Shown here in pieces: positions 27,026-36,402 of a stretch of DNA of 64,000 nucleotides (position 1 is the stretch's first letter; each line of letters opens with the position of its first letter). The position numbers and the translations under genes were made by a program. Location: positions 4,627,280 to 4,691,279 of the forward strand of contig OZ251458.1 of NCBI GenBank assembly GCA_965242535.1, read 5' to 3'. Source of the DNA: Candidatus Latescibacterota bacterium. Lineage in GTDB: Bacteria; Latescibacterota; UBA2968. The notes under the pieces were generated by a model. The model was given only the letters and a program-made list of their open reading frames with translations, made no database searches and had not been told where the DNA came from.

Positions 27026-27763
27026 TCATCCCTCTAACACATCTTCCGGCGTCTGGGTGATGAGCGTGCCGACATTTTGGCCTTCCACAATGCGGCGCAT
27101 CATGCCTTTTTGCTCGAAGTCGAAAACGTGGATCGGCAGATTGTGGTCGCGGGCGAGAATCACCGCGGATTGATCCAACGCGCCCAGGTTTTCGCGGATG
27201 ATGGTGTCGTGGCCGATGCGGCGATAGAGCTTGGCATCGGGGTTTTTGTTGGGGTCGTCCGTATAGATGCCATTGGTTTTGTGCTTGGCGAACAAAATGG
27301 CCTCGGCGCGCACCTCGAGGGCGCGTTGCACCCCGGGATAGTCCGTGGTGAGAAACGGATTGCCAATGCCGCCTGCGAAAATGACGATGTACCCCTTGTC
27401 GAGATGCCGAGCCGCGACCAAGCGGATAAACGGCTCTGCGACTGCGTTGATCGGAATGGCGGTCATCACGCGCACTTCCACATCGCTTTTGGCATTGAGC
27501 ACGCCGCGCAGCATCAAGCTGTTGATGATCGTGCCCAACATGCCGATGTTGTCGGCTTCGGATCGCTCGATGCCCCAGCGCGCACTTTGTTCGCCGCGAA
27601 AGATGTTGCCGCCGCCGATGACGATGCCCATTTCGACGCCCCGCGCGTGGAGGTCGAGAATTTCGTCGGCGATGTGTTCGAGGGCCTCCGGGTCAAATCC
27701 CGATTCCAAGGCCCCGGAAACCGCGCCGCCACTGAGTTTGAGAACAACGCGCTTGTACCGCAT
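27026..27763 (-). CDS. pyrH: UMP kinase PyrH
   Basis: YKRVVLKLSGGA, IVIGGGNIFRG, VIFAGGIGNPFLTTD. The ATG at 27763 is used, not the ORF start at 27883. Confidence 0.95.
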   Translation of the reverse strand: MRYKRVVLKLSGGAVSGALESGFDPEALEHIADEILDLHARGVEMGIVIGGGNIFRGEQSARWGIERSEADNIGMLGTIINSLMLRGVLNAKSDVEVRVMTAIPINAVAEPFIRLVAARHLDKGYIVIFAGGIGNPFLTTDYPGVQRALEVRAEAILFAKHKTNGIYTDDPNKNPDAKLYRRIGHDTIIRENLGALDQSAVILARDHNLPIHVFDFEQKGMMRRIVEGQNVGTLITQTPEDVLEG

Positions 27764-27962
27764 GCGATTTGGACTCCTCTTGAGAAGTAACGATGGGTTT
27801 GCGATGGCGGTTTCCAATATATGTTTCTGCGAGGCAGAGCGAAAGGGGAAAGGCATTGACGAGCCGGACGCCAACGGGATCATCCGCGCTCCGCGCGTGC
27901 TGACTTCCGTCAGAATGACGAGGGCTTGTTGTCAAAAAGGATATTCAAAACAGAGCGGTCTG

Positions 27963-28430
27963 TCAACGCGAGGCGTTCAGCCAGCGCGCAAGGGCTTTGT
28001 CGGGATCGGCGATGTCGGCGAGGGACGTGTAGTAATAATCCTCCCAGCCGCGTTTGGGCAAACCCGTAAAGAGCATGAGATTGAGGGGATAGTGTTCCGA
28101 GTCCGTGCAGCGGCGGAAGTCGTCTCGGAAGAGAAAGGTTTTTTTGCCCAGTGCTATCGCCGCGCCGAGTTCGACCATCACGCCTTCATCGGGCGGCGTG
28201 CCATTGACAATGGCAAAAATCGCGTCCGATTCCACGACATCGCGCAGGTCCGCCTGCCCGATCTGATACGCCCATCCCGCCCGCGCTCTGTCAACTTGGT
28301 TGCTGCGTTCAAACGGTTCCCAAACTTCCGCGCCGAGGGATTCGAGCGCGTGGACAAATTCGGGCAAGAGCTTCTGTTTCTGTTGCGCGGAAAACCCGTA
28401 GGGACTGGCGAGATAAATCGTTTTGGACAT
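27963..28430 (-). CDS. Nucleoside 2-deoxyribosyltransferase family protein
   Basis: IYLASPYGF, DAIFAIVNGTPPDEGVMVELGAAIALGK. ATG at 28430 after GGAGG. The upstream part of the 323-aa ORF is non-coding by composition. Confidence 0.75.
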   Translation of the reverse strand: MSKTIYLASPYGFSAQQKQKLLPEFVHALESLGAEVWEPFERSNQVDRARAGWAYQIGQADLRDVVESDAIFAIVNGTPPDEGVMVELGAAIALGKKTFLFRDDFRRCTDSEHYPLNLMLFTGLPKRGWEDYYYTSLADIADPDKALARWLNASR

Positions 28431-28487
28431 GGCGGCCTCCGAAATAAGCGGTTGGTGGTCAATCGCAGTGGATTCATGACTTTCGTC

Positions 28488-28516
28488 TTGCATGCGCGGG
28501 ATCCGAAAGATATAAT
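28488..28516 (+). promoter_or_regulatory. Candidate sigma70-like promoter for the MFS transporter gene
   Basis: TTGCAT (28488-28493), 17-nt spacer, TATAAT (28511-28516), 24 nt upstream of the ATG at 28540. Confidence 0.4.
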
Positions 28517-28539
28517 AGCGCGTCAACTGCGAGAGCGAA

Positions 28540-29820
28540 ATGGGATTTTTACCAAACAAGGGCAATGCGCGGTTCAATTTCATCGTGGGCGTATTCAACG
28601 GCGGGGTGTTCGCATTTGGCATATCGTTTTTGGATCCCACAACGGTTTTGCCCGTTTTCATTCGGCATTTTACGACATCGGATACGCTGGTCGGGTTGGG
28701 CAGTTCGTTGCACCGCGCGGGTTGGCACTTGCCGCAGTTGCTCGTGGCCGGATATTTGGAGCGGCGCAGGAGGCGGTTGCCCGTGTACCGGCGAGCCAAT
28801 GCCGTGCGTATGTCGCTGATTTGGGCCATCGTGCCCCTGATCGCGTGGTGCGGAAGCGAGAGACCGAGTTTGGTGTTGAGCGGCTTTCTCGTCCTGTACG
28901 GGGTGGCGTCTCTGTTTGGCGGGCCTGCGGGCAATGCCTATACCGATATCGTGGGCAAGTCCCTCCCCCGGTCGCACACGGGATTGTTTTACGCATCGCG
29001 GTCGTTTTTGGGCGGGGTGTTGAGCATCATTGCAGGCGCGTTGGTCGAGTATTTTCTGCATCCCGCAAATGGATACGATTTTCCGATGAACTACGCGGCG
29101 ATTTTCGCCCTGGGCGCGGGGATGATGAGTTTGGGAATCGGGTGCTTTTGCCTGGTGCGAGAGCCAGCGGCCGAGGTGAGTTCGGCACGGAGAAATGCCA
29201 TTGAGGTGATGCGCGACATTCCGAACTTGTTGCGCCGCGACCGCAATTTCAAGCGTTTTCTCTGGGTGCAAGTCCTGGCTTCCGGCATCGGGTTTTCGCT
29301 CCCGTTTTACGTAGTGCTCGCCCGCGAGACATTTCGCATTTCCGAAAGTACGGTCGGCTTTTTTTTGGCCGTGCAAACCATTGGCGCGGCGGTTTTTAAC
29401 GTGGTATGGGGGCGGTTGTCCATCGCGCGTGGCAACCACCGCGTGGTGCTCGTCGCCGTGTTGGGCGTGGCGCTAATCCCGTGTTTGGCATTGGGGTTGA
29501 GCGCGTATGCCCATGTGTTGCAACGCGAATCCGAGTGGGTGATCGCAAGCTGTTTCGCGCCCATTTTCTTTTTGATCGGCGGCACGACAACGGGCGTTTT
29601 TATCGGGTTCAAAAGCTATCTTTTGGACATCGCGCCCGCAGAACGCCGCCCGACGTATGTCGGCATCACCAATACCGTGATGGGCGTTGGGGCGCTCTAT
29701 CCCGTACTGGGCGGCGTGCTCGCCGATATGGTGCATCTGCAAGGCGTGTTTGCCCTGTCTGCCCTCGCGGTCTTCGCAGGGCTGTGGCTGTGTTTTTATT
29801 TGAAGGCGATGGGGCGTTAA
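28540..29820 (+). CDS. MFS transporter
   Basis: About 12 hydrophobic helices with a basic loop after TM2 (GYLERRRRRLPVYR). 426 aa. Confidence 0.8.
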   Translation: MGFLPNKGNARFNFIVGVFNGGVFAFGISFLDPTTVLPVFIRHFTTSDTLVGLGSSLHRAGWHLPQLLVAGYLERRRRRLPVYRRANAVRMSLIWAIVPLIAWCGSERPSLVLSGFLVLYGVASLFGGPAGNAYTDIVGKSLPRSHTGLFYASRSFLGGVLSIIAGALVEYFLHPANGYDFPMNYAAIFALGAGMMSLGIGCFCLVREPAAEVSSARRNAIEVMRDIPNLLRRDRNFKRFLWVQVLASGIGFSLPFYVVLARETFRISESTVGFFLAVQTIGAAVFNVVWGRLSIARGNHRVVLVAVLGVALIPCLALGLSAYAHVLQRESEWVIASCFAPIFFLIGGTTTGVFIGFKSYLLDIAPAERRPTYVGITNTVMGVGALYPVLGGVLADMVHLQGVFALSALAVFAGLWLCFYLKAMGR

Positions 29821-29844
29821 AACCGAACTTTTGAGGAGTGAGAA

Positions 29845-31329
29845 ATGCCGAAACGACCCAATATCTTGTTTGTGTTGACGGATCAACAACGCTGGGACAC
29901 CATCCACACAGCGGGCAACCCGCACATTCGCACGCCTGTCATGGACAGGCTCTGCCGCGAGGGCGTGAATTTCGCACGGGGATACACGCCGTCGCCGGTT
30001 TGCGTGTCCGCACGCGCCTCGATCATCACCGGGCAGTACCCGCACAACAACGGGTGTTTTGACAATGGATTTCCGCAACCGACAGACCGCCCCTCGCCGA
30101 TGGACTGCCTCGCGCGGGCGGGGTATTATTGTCACGGCGTCGGCAAGATGCACTTTACCGGGGATCGCAGGGGGTTGCGGGGGTTTCACACGCGCGACGT
30201 GCAGGAGGAACTCTGCGGGTCGGTCGACGCAGACGATTATCTCCAATTCGTCCACGCACAGGGCTTTGGGCACGTCCACGACGTGATGGGGGCGCGCGGG
30301 GAAATGTATTACATCCCGCAGATTTCCCAACTGCCCGCCCGCCTTCATCCCACCGCTTGGGTGGCGGACCGCAGCATCGACTTTTTGCAAAACCGCGATT
30401 CGTCCAAGCCGTTTTTCCTGTGGTCGAGTTTCATCCATCCGCACCCGCCGTTTTCCCCGCCGACGCCGTGGAACAAACTCTATCGCGGCGCGCAGATGCC
30501 CTTGCCCAAACGCCCGGATGACATGGAAGACCTGTGGACGCATCTCAACCGGCATCAGAACCGCTACAAGTACCGCGACGCGGGGTTGGATGATCGCCTG
30601 CTGCAAGTGATGCGCGGGTATTACTGGGCGTGCGTGTCGTTTATCGACTACAGCGTGGGGCGGATTCTCGACGCGCTCGAACGACAAGGGGAGTTGGATC
30701 ACACCCTGATCGTCTGGTCGTCCGACCACGGCGAGTTGCTCGGGGATTACAACTGTTTTGGCAAGCGCAGTTTTCTCGACGTTGCGGCGCGCGTGCCCAT
30801 GTTGGCGCGTTATCCGGCCCGATTCCCGCGTGGCACTGTGGAAGAAACGCCGTGCGGTTTGATGGATTTGATGCCGACGTTTTTGGCCGCTGCGGGCGTT
30901 TCTCCCCGCGATGTGGATTTGGACGGTGTGGATCTGGCCGAGTTGGTCGGCAACCGAAACGAGCGAACGATTTACGGGCAGATTCAGCGCGGGCAACGCG
31001 GCGTGTACATGGCGTACAACGGCGCGTTGAAATACATTTATTCGGCGGGCGATCAAAAGGAATATTTGCTCGATCACCGCGTAGATGCCGAGGAAACGCG
31101 CAACGGTGCTTACAATGTGCTCTATGGTTCCGATGTGAAAACCATGCGCGAAAACCTGATCGGCTTCTTTCGGGATGAGGGCTATGCCGAACCCCTAGAC
31201 GGCGACAACTGGAAAACCTTCGACCGCATTGCCGAACCCAAAAGCGCGGACGCAAATCTGCTGATCCAAGACGCGGGTTGGGCCATCCCCCACTCCCGTA
31301 TTCCGGGGTATTCGACAACGGAAAATTAA
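29845..31329 (+). CDS. Sulfatase family protein
   Basis: PNILFVLTDQQRWD, SPVCVSARASIITGQYP (formylglycine-site region), WSSDHGELLGD. GAGGAG RBS. Confidence 0.9.
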   Translation: MPKRPNILFVLTDQQRWDTIHTAGNPHIRTPVMDRLCREGVNFARGYTPSPVCVSARASIITGQYPHNNGCFDNGFPQPTDRPSPMDCLARAGYYCHGVGKMHFTGDRRGLRGFHTRDVQEELCGSVDADDYLQFVHAQGFGHVHDVMGARGEMYYIPQISQLPARLHPTAWVADRSIDFLQNRDSSKPFFLWSSFIHPHPPFSPPTPWNKLYRGAQMPLPKRPDDMEDLWTHLNRHQNRYKYRDAGLDDRLLQVMRGYYWACVSFIDYSVGRILDALERQGELDHTLIVWSSDHGELLGDYNCFGKRSFLDVAARVPMLARYPARFPRGTVEETPCGLMDLMPTFLAAAGVSPRDVDLDGVDLAELVGNRNERTIYGQIQRGQRGVYMAYNGALKYIYSAGDQKEYLLDHRVDAEETRNGAYNVLYGSDVKTMRENLIGFFRDEGYAEPLDGDNWKTFDRIAEPKSADANLLIQDAGWAIPHSRIPGYSTTEN

Positions 31330-31330
31330 G

Positions 31331-31734
31331 TACTCTGTAAATTAAATAATTATGAATTTCATTTTTTGAGAGCGTGCCAGCCGTGATGCCATACATCAAA
31401 TAAGCCATCGTCCAACATGCCATCCAAAAGCCCATCAACGAAAGCCATCGGGCACAGCGCGCAAGTCCGTCTCGCAACCAACATCCATTTTGCAACGCAC
31501 TTCGCAGGCCAACGCATGTCGTGTTACTACAAAAGCGCTTTGCGCTGTGCCTAGCCCCTCGGCGCATGAGAGCGGCATTTTTTGCCTACTTTTTTTTGCT
31601 GTAGAAAAAAAGTAGGTCGCCGAAGGCATCAAAGGCAACAAACAATGCTTTAGGGCCAAACGCTTTAGAAAAGCGAGCCACGTCGGTGCGGATGGGTGTG
31701 GATCAACATTTCGTATCATTTAATTTACGGAGTA
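31331..31734 (+). mobile_element. MITE copy 2 (404 bp)
   Basis: Collinear with copy 1 along its whole length. TIRs TACTCTGTAAATTAAAT and ATTTAATTTACGGAGTA. Flanks are TTAAG and TTTAG. The left flank contains the sulfatase stop codon. Confidence 0.75.
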
Positions 31735-31928
31735 TTTAGTTGGGACAAATGGAGACGTGCTGGGCACGCGCGGGCAGTCATTGCCCCCTACCAAATATTT
31801 CGCGCTATCGGCAGCGATTTGAACAAAATATTCATCCCAGAATCAAAAAGAGCCTATTTTTTAGGCTCTTTTTTTGGCATAATCATTGCATTATAGATTT
31901 CAAAAACGCCGATTCCAAACGAGCGATT

Positions 31929-33026
31929 ATGTGCGATTATGCCCTGCCATGGTTGGTGCTCTACGCGGTGCCGGGCCTGGGGCCTGCTGCGTACTGCGCC
32001 CTTCTCGAGCATTTTGAGACGCCCGAGAATATTCTTTCGCAGTCCCCTCGATCCCTGTGCGATGTCCCCGGCATTGGCCCGAGCACGGCGCAGTCTATTT
32101 GTTGCAACCGGGATTGGGCATGGGCGCGCGATCAAGTTGCGCGGGCACAGGGCATCGGCATTGAAATTTGCACGCTTTCCGACCCGCTCTATCCCCCCAT
32201 TCTAACCCAAATCTACGCGCCGCCACCCCTGCTTTTCGTCAAAGGCGATATCCGCTTGTGTCAGTCGCCAACCGTCAGCATCGTGGGGTCGCGTTCCTAC
32301 ACGGCGTATGGGCGAGAAACCGCGCATCGTTTGGGGGGCGATCTCGCCAGATCCGGGGTCACGGTGGTCAGCGGCATGGCCGTTGGCATCGACGCCCATG
32401 CACACCGAGGCGCGCTCGAGCACGGCGCGACCACAGCGGTGCTCGGCAGCAGTTTGGATTGCCCCTATCCCCCTGAAAACCGCGGCCTGTTTGACCAGAT
32501 TTGTGAACGCGGCGTCGCGTTATCCGAATTTCCACTGAGCACGCCCCCAGAGCCGCACAATTTTCCCCGGCGCAACCGCATCATCAGCGGCCTGAGCCTG
32601 GGCACGGTCGTCGTTGAGGCCGGCACGCGGAGCGGCGCGCTGATCACCGCCCAATTTGCCCTCGACCAAAGCCGCGATGTGTTTGCCGTTCCCGGGCCGA
32701 TTTATTCGGGCAAAAGCCGGGGCACAAATGGCTTGCTCCGCCAAGGCGCCATTCTCGTGCAGACGGCGCAAGACATTTTGAGCGAAATCAATCATCAAAT
32801 AACGGCCTCCGATCCCCCCGCCGAGTCGGGCACATCCCGCGAGGCATGTCCAAACCTATCCGATCGGGAACAGCGCGTATGGGAAATCCTCGCAGACGCC
32901 CCGGTACACATCGACGCGCTCGCACGGGCGGCGGGATTCTCCTCTGGCGAAACTCTCGACATTCTCTTGGGGCTTGAAATACAAGGACATGTCGAGCAAC
33001 TGCCGGGCATGCTTTTTAAGCGATAA
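31929..33026 (+). CDS. dprA: DNA processing protein DprA
   Basis: VVSGMAVGIDAHAHRGAL, NFPRRNRIISGLSLGTVVVEAGTRSGALITA, C-terminal winged-helix part. The in-frame ATG at 31929 is used. Confidence 0.9.
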   Translation: MCDYALPWLVLYAVPGLGPAAYCALLEHFETPENILSQSPRSLCDVPGIGPSTAQSICCNRDWAWARDQVARAQGIGIEICTLSDPLYPPILTQIYAPPPLLFVKGDIRLCQSPTVSIVGSRSYTAYGRETAHRLGGDLARSGVTVVSGMAVGIDAHAHRGALEHGATTAVLGSSLDCPYPPENRGLFDQICERGVALSEFPLSTPPEPHNFPRRNRIISGLSLGTVVVEAGTRSGALITAQFALDQSRDVFAVPGPIYSGKSRGTNGLLRQGAILVQTAQDILSEINHQITASDPPAESGTSREACPNLSDREQRVWEILADAPVHIDALARAAGFSSGETLDILLGLEIQGHVEQLPGMLFKR

Positions 33027-33031
33027 AAAAA

Positions 33032-33054
33032 GAGAGCTGTTAAGCTCTCTTTTC
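33032..33054 (+). terminator. Terminator after dprA
   Basis: AGAGAGCT-gtta-AGCTCTCT followed by TTTT and preceded by an A-run (could act bidirectionally). Confidence 0.55.
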
Positions 33055-33129
33055 GTAATGTGCAACCTTTTATCCCATCCAATGTATGGCAACTCAAATG
33101 GATCGCTGTCTCCGCCTGAATTTTTGTGA

Positions 33130-33155
33130 GGACAGGCACGGGGGCCTGTCCCTAC
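33130..33155 (-). repeat. Solo REP-like hairpin
   Basis: GGACAGGCACGGGGGCCTGTCCCTAC followed by GGTTGATGGGG. The same tail occurs at 49103-49140. Confidence 0.85.
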
Positions 33156-33309
33156 GGTTGATGGGGCTAGGCGGGCCCCAAACTCCTATCTCGTTTTGTA
33201 AGCATTGTCAAGCGTTAATGAGGCTAGGCGGGCTGATGGCTGACGTCGGCCAGGACGCAATGCGATAATCAGCGCGACTCTACGGTTGCTAGGCACTGAT
33301 GGGTCGCCC

Positions 33310-35103
33310 TCACACCCCCCGCGACATGGACAGCCCTTCTCGCTCGCGCCACAAAAACAACACATGGCGCGATTTCCGCAAATAGCGTTCGTAATGCTTG
33401 TTAAAATCCCGCCGCCTGCCATTGGGCGTTTTGCCATTGGGCCGCGCATTGCATTTGCCCCGCGCCTGCGTGATGCTCCGGCTGCCATTTTGCACGGCAA
33501 TCGTCATCACGCGGTGCGTTTCATGTTCCGGCGTCGTCACCTGCATCGACCAGATCGACGTCCGCCCATTTTTGCAGTTGTTCGCGTACGAGCCGACGCA
33601 GTGGTGCATCTTGCGGCCTTCGTCGGACAATTCCTTGGCCGTCACCAACTCGGTGATGGTCCAGCGATCCCTCGCGTTTCCATACCCATCCGTTTCCGTC
33701 CAATCTAGCGCGTTGAATCCCGAAGGTGCCCACACCTTTGCGGGCAGGCGATTCTGCCGCGCCAACTGCCGGTGCCACATCTCGACCTGCCGCAACAACT
33801 TGACCGCGCTGCGTCCCTTAATCGAAAAATTCGGTTGCTCCGGGGGCCGTTGCACGACTTCGCCGTCGATCGTTTCTTCCCGCGGCGCGTACTTCTGGTT
33901 GTGAATATAATCCACAATCGGCCCGACCTCGTCCGGATCGAGCATGGGATTGTTGACAAAAAAATGCACCACCTTGCACCAGAAAGACTCGCGATCAAAA
34001 GACGCCCCCAAGCGCGTGGCGTTCACCGCACGCACCAGGGGTTCACCCCCGCCGAGGCCGAGAATTTGCCCGCGCCGAAACGCCTCGTAAATCGCGTAAT
34101 CCGCAGGCGACTGCAAAAACAAATGGGCCATCTTCTTCGTCAGGGTCAACGGAATGTCGGCCTTGCGGATATTGCCCCCCGTGCCCACATGGACAAACCA
34201 GCTCTGTTGCTGTCGCGCCTCGGCTCCCTCGCTGAGAAACCACGCGATGTCCATAAACCCGGGCACATCGTATTTCGCCAACAGATGTCGCGCCAAGGCC
34301 GCAAATTGCTTGCGTGCGTTGTGCGACTCGGGCCGCCAATCGGTCGGATCGCGCAACCAATGCGCGTGCCAGCGCGCCAGCGCGCCCAAGGCTTCGATAT
34401 GCGTATTGCCATCTTGCGGCCCCAAGCGCGCCATCGCGGGTTTGACGTCGAAGAACCGCCCGTGTTTCTCCACATGCAACAATAAGTGCAACAGCGCGCG
34501 CCGCCCCTTGCGATCCTCGCCCATTTGATCAAACGCACGCTGAATTTTCTGCAAATGCGGGCGATTCAACGCCCCTTCCGACAGCGCGCCATCGCAGATC
34601 GCCCGAATCGCCTCTCGGGGCCGCCGCGTGTGATTTTTCATCTTCGCCAACACGGCGTCGCTCTTCAGGCGTTCGGCCAAATCGCGTTCTTTCCCGCGTT
34701 GCGCCGCGCTCTTATGCGTGCCCGCGCTCAACCCATGCGCGCTGCACCACGCCGCGTAATCCGCGACCGATTTCAACCCCAACTCTCGGATGTGTTGCGC
34801 GAGTTCCCGATCCGCCAATTCCGCATCTTTTGCCCGCTCGGCAATTATCCGCTCGCGCCGCCGCGCTTGCCACCCCTTGTTCAACGCCCGGTTCAACCCG
34901 TGATCGCGGCACCACGCCCGATATTGCGCCACCCCCGTCAACCCGAGCGATTGGATATGCGCGGTCAAATCCGCATTCGCCTTGCCCGCGGCTCCGCGAT
35001 GCCGCCTCTTTTTGCGCTTTGTCGCCATACGGCCTCCTGCACCTATCGCATCTGGTTCACACCCGTCGAGATGCACGTTTACCTTTTGCGAATATTCAGC
35101 CAA
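33310..35103 (-). CDS. PcfJ-like protein
   Basis: C-terminal block KMHHCVGSYANNCKNGRTSIWSMQV resembles the PcfJ family core. The N-terminus carries two ~45-aa repeats (HIQSLGLTGVAQYRAWCRDHGL and HIRELGLKSVADYAAWCSAHGL). Confidence 0.6.
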   Translation of the reverse strand: MAEYSQKVNVHLDGCEPDAIGAGGRMATKRKKRRHRGAAGKANADLTAHIQSLGLTGVAQYRAWCRDHGLNRALNKGWQARRRERIIAERAKDAELADRELAQHIRELGLKSVADYAAWCSAHGLSAGTHKSAAQRGKERDLAERLKSDAVLAKMKNHTRRPREAIRAICDGALSEGALNRPHLQKIQRAFDQMGEDRKGRRALLHLLLHVEKHGRFFDVKPAMARLGPQDGNTHIEALGALARWHAHWLRDPTDWRPESHNARKQFAALARHLLAKYDVPGFMDIAWFLSEGAEARQQQSWFVHVGTGGNIRKADIPLTLTKKMAHLFLQSPADYAIYEAFRRGQILGLGGGEPLVRAVNATRLGASFDRESFWCKVVHFFVNNPMLDPDEVGPIVDYIHNQKYAPREETIDGEVVQRPPEQPNFSIKGRSAVKLLRQVEMWHRQLARQNRLPAKVWAPSGFNALDWTETDGYGNARDRWTITELVTAKELSDEGRKMHHCVGSYANNCKNGRTSIWSMQVTTPEHETHRVMTIAVQNGSRSITQARGKCNARPNGKTPNGRRRDFNKHYERYLRKSRHVLFLWREREGLSMSRGV

Positions 35104-35139
35104 AGAAACCTCGATCAGCGTTGGCTACGCCTGTGCCTA

Positions 35140-35400
35140 CGGCGTGCGGCGTCAACCGCTCAAATTACTCGCGTTTTCATACTTTTTTTTAGAGAAGACG
35201 CGAATAAGCGTAGAAAGAAAAGTAGGCGAGCGGGGTACAACTGCCCGAGCAGTTCAAACGCTTTTGTAACAACACGACACGCGCCAGCCTGCGAGGTGGG
35301 TTGCATAATGGCTGTGGATTGCGAAATGGACTTGCGCGCTGTGCGTGATGGCTTGCGGCGATGAACTTTTGGGTTCGCATGTTTGGCGAGGGCTTCTCTG
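35140..35400 (-). mobile_element. Diverged MITE relic (reverse orientation, no recognisable TIRs)
   Basis: The reverse complement aligns with the MITE core: AAGCCATCacGCACAGCGCGCAAGTCC..TGCAACCCACCTCGCAGGC..ACAAAAGCG plus a degenerate T/A-run hairpin. Confidence 0.5.
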
Positions 35401-35493
35401 AAGGACGGTGGAACGGCAAAGCGATCCCGATAATGAATGAGTTGGTACAAATGGTTTCAGGGGTTCATATTGACCTGTGCGATGAGGTGCTCG

Positions 35494-36402
35494 TCATTTG
35501 TTGGCGCGGAAAAATTTTGCCGCATCCAACAGAATGTCCGCAGATTTTTCGGAAAACCGAAAGTGCGCGGCGTCAGATGGTCGCCCATCGGCCCAAACGA
35601 TGTCTATTTTAATCCCCCGTCCCATCATCGCCAACTTAGCTACCGAATCGCACAATCTCGCACTGACGCCATATCGTACAGCCCTTGCAAAAAGTTCGAA
35701 CGCATCGCCCGTTCTGGTCTCGGCAATGGCCTCGTTGGCGTATTCAAGGGCGCGGGCCAAGGTGTCTGTGACGCGGCGAGAAGGCGCGTACAAATCGCCT
35801 CCAAAATTTTCTCGCACTCCCATGCCTACTGGCGATTTCTGATTTTTTGAGGATATCGGCGCGCCATTCCCCATAAGCACGGGCGCGTGCAAGGTGAGCG
35901 CGTAGCCCTCGCCATAGCCCGGCACCAAGCGCACCTCGTCGAGATATTGCGCGACGACCGCACTTGGTTTGCCGCGATAGACCGCCTGCGGGTTCTCGGT
36001 AGCACGCGCCGCCGCAACCAATAGGCTGTAAGCCTCGCGGACCAACCTCGCGCTTTGCGGCAATGAAAGCGATTTCCCTACCGCGCCATTGACCGCCCGC
36101 ATCCGTATCACATCGGACCCCGCGGCGGACAGGTCGTAGAACACGTCGAGTTGGGAGCGATTCTCGACCTCGGCGAGAACCTTGACCGCCTCGGCCATGC
36201 TCTCGACATGGTCGCCAAGGGTGTCCCGTGATGGAGCTAAAATCTCCCAATTTTGTCCGCCGCGTTCTTTGGTGTAGATCGTGGCGGGCCGGTTCCCCCA
36301 AGGGCCTTCGTCGTTCCACCCATGCGAAATCAGGTAGAAACGGAGGTTGCCAACTGACAGCGACGACAACGCATTCCGGTCGCGTATCTGAACTTTCATC
36401 AT
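35494..36402 (-). CDS. Hypothetical protein (302 aa, no recognised domain)
   Basis: Long ORF whose start overlaps the stop of the upstream DUF4365-like gene (ATGA at 36399-36402). Codon composition is backbone-like. Confidence 0.6.
   Translation of the reverse strand: MMKVQIRDRNALSSLSVGNLRFYLISHGWNDEGPWGNRPATIYTKERGGQNWEILAPSRDTLGDHVESMAEAVKVLAEVENRSQLDVFYDLSAAGSDVIRMRAVNGAVGKSLSLPQSARLVREAYSLLVAAARATENPQAVYRGKPSAVVAQYLDEVRLVPGYGEGYALTLHAPVLMGNGAPISSKNQKSPVGMGVRENFGGDLYAPSRRVTDTLARALEYANEAIAETRTGDAFELFARAVRYGVSARLCDSVAKLAMMGRGIKIDIVWADGRPSDAAHFRFSEKSADILLDAAKFFRANK

Noticed and set aside
27345-31077. Long ORFs 27345-29204 (+), 28549-29439 (-) and 29473-31077 (-).
   Set aside because: They are antisense to or out of frame with pyrH, the deoxyribosyltransferase, the MFS and the sulfatase genes. 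No motifs, arginine-rich shadow frames.
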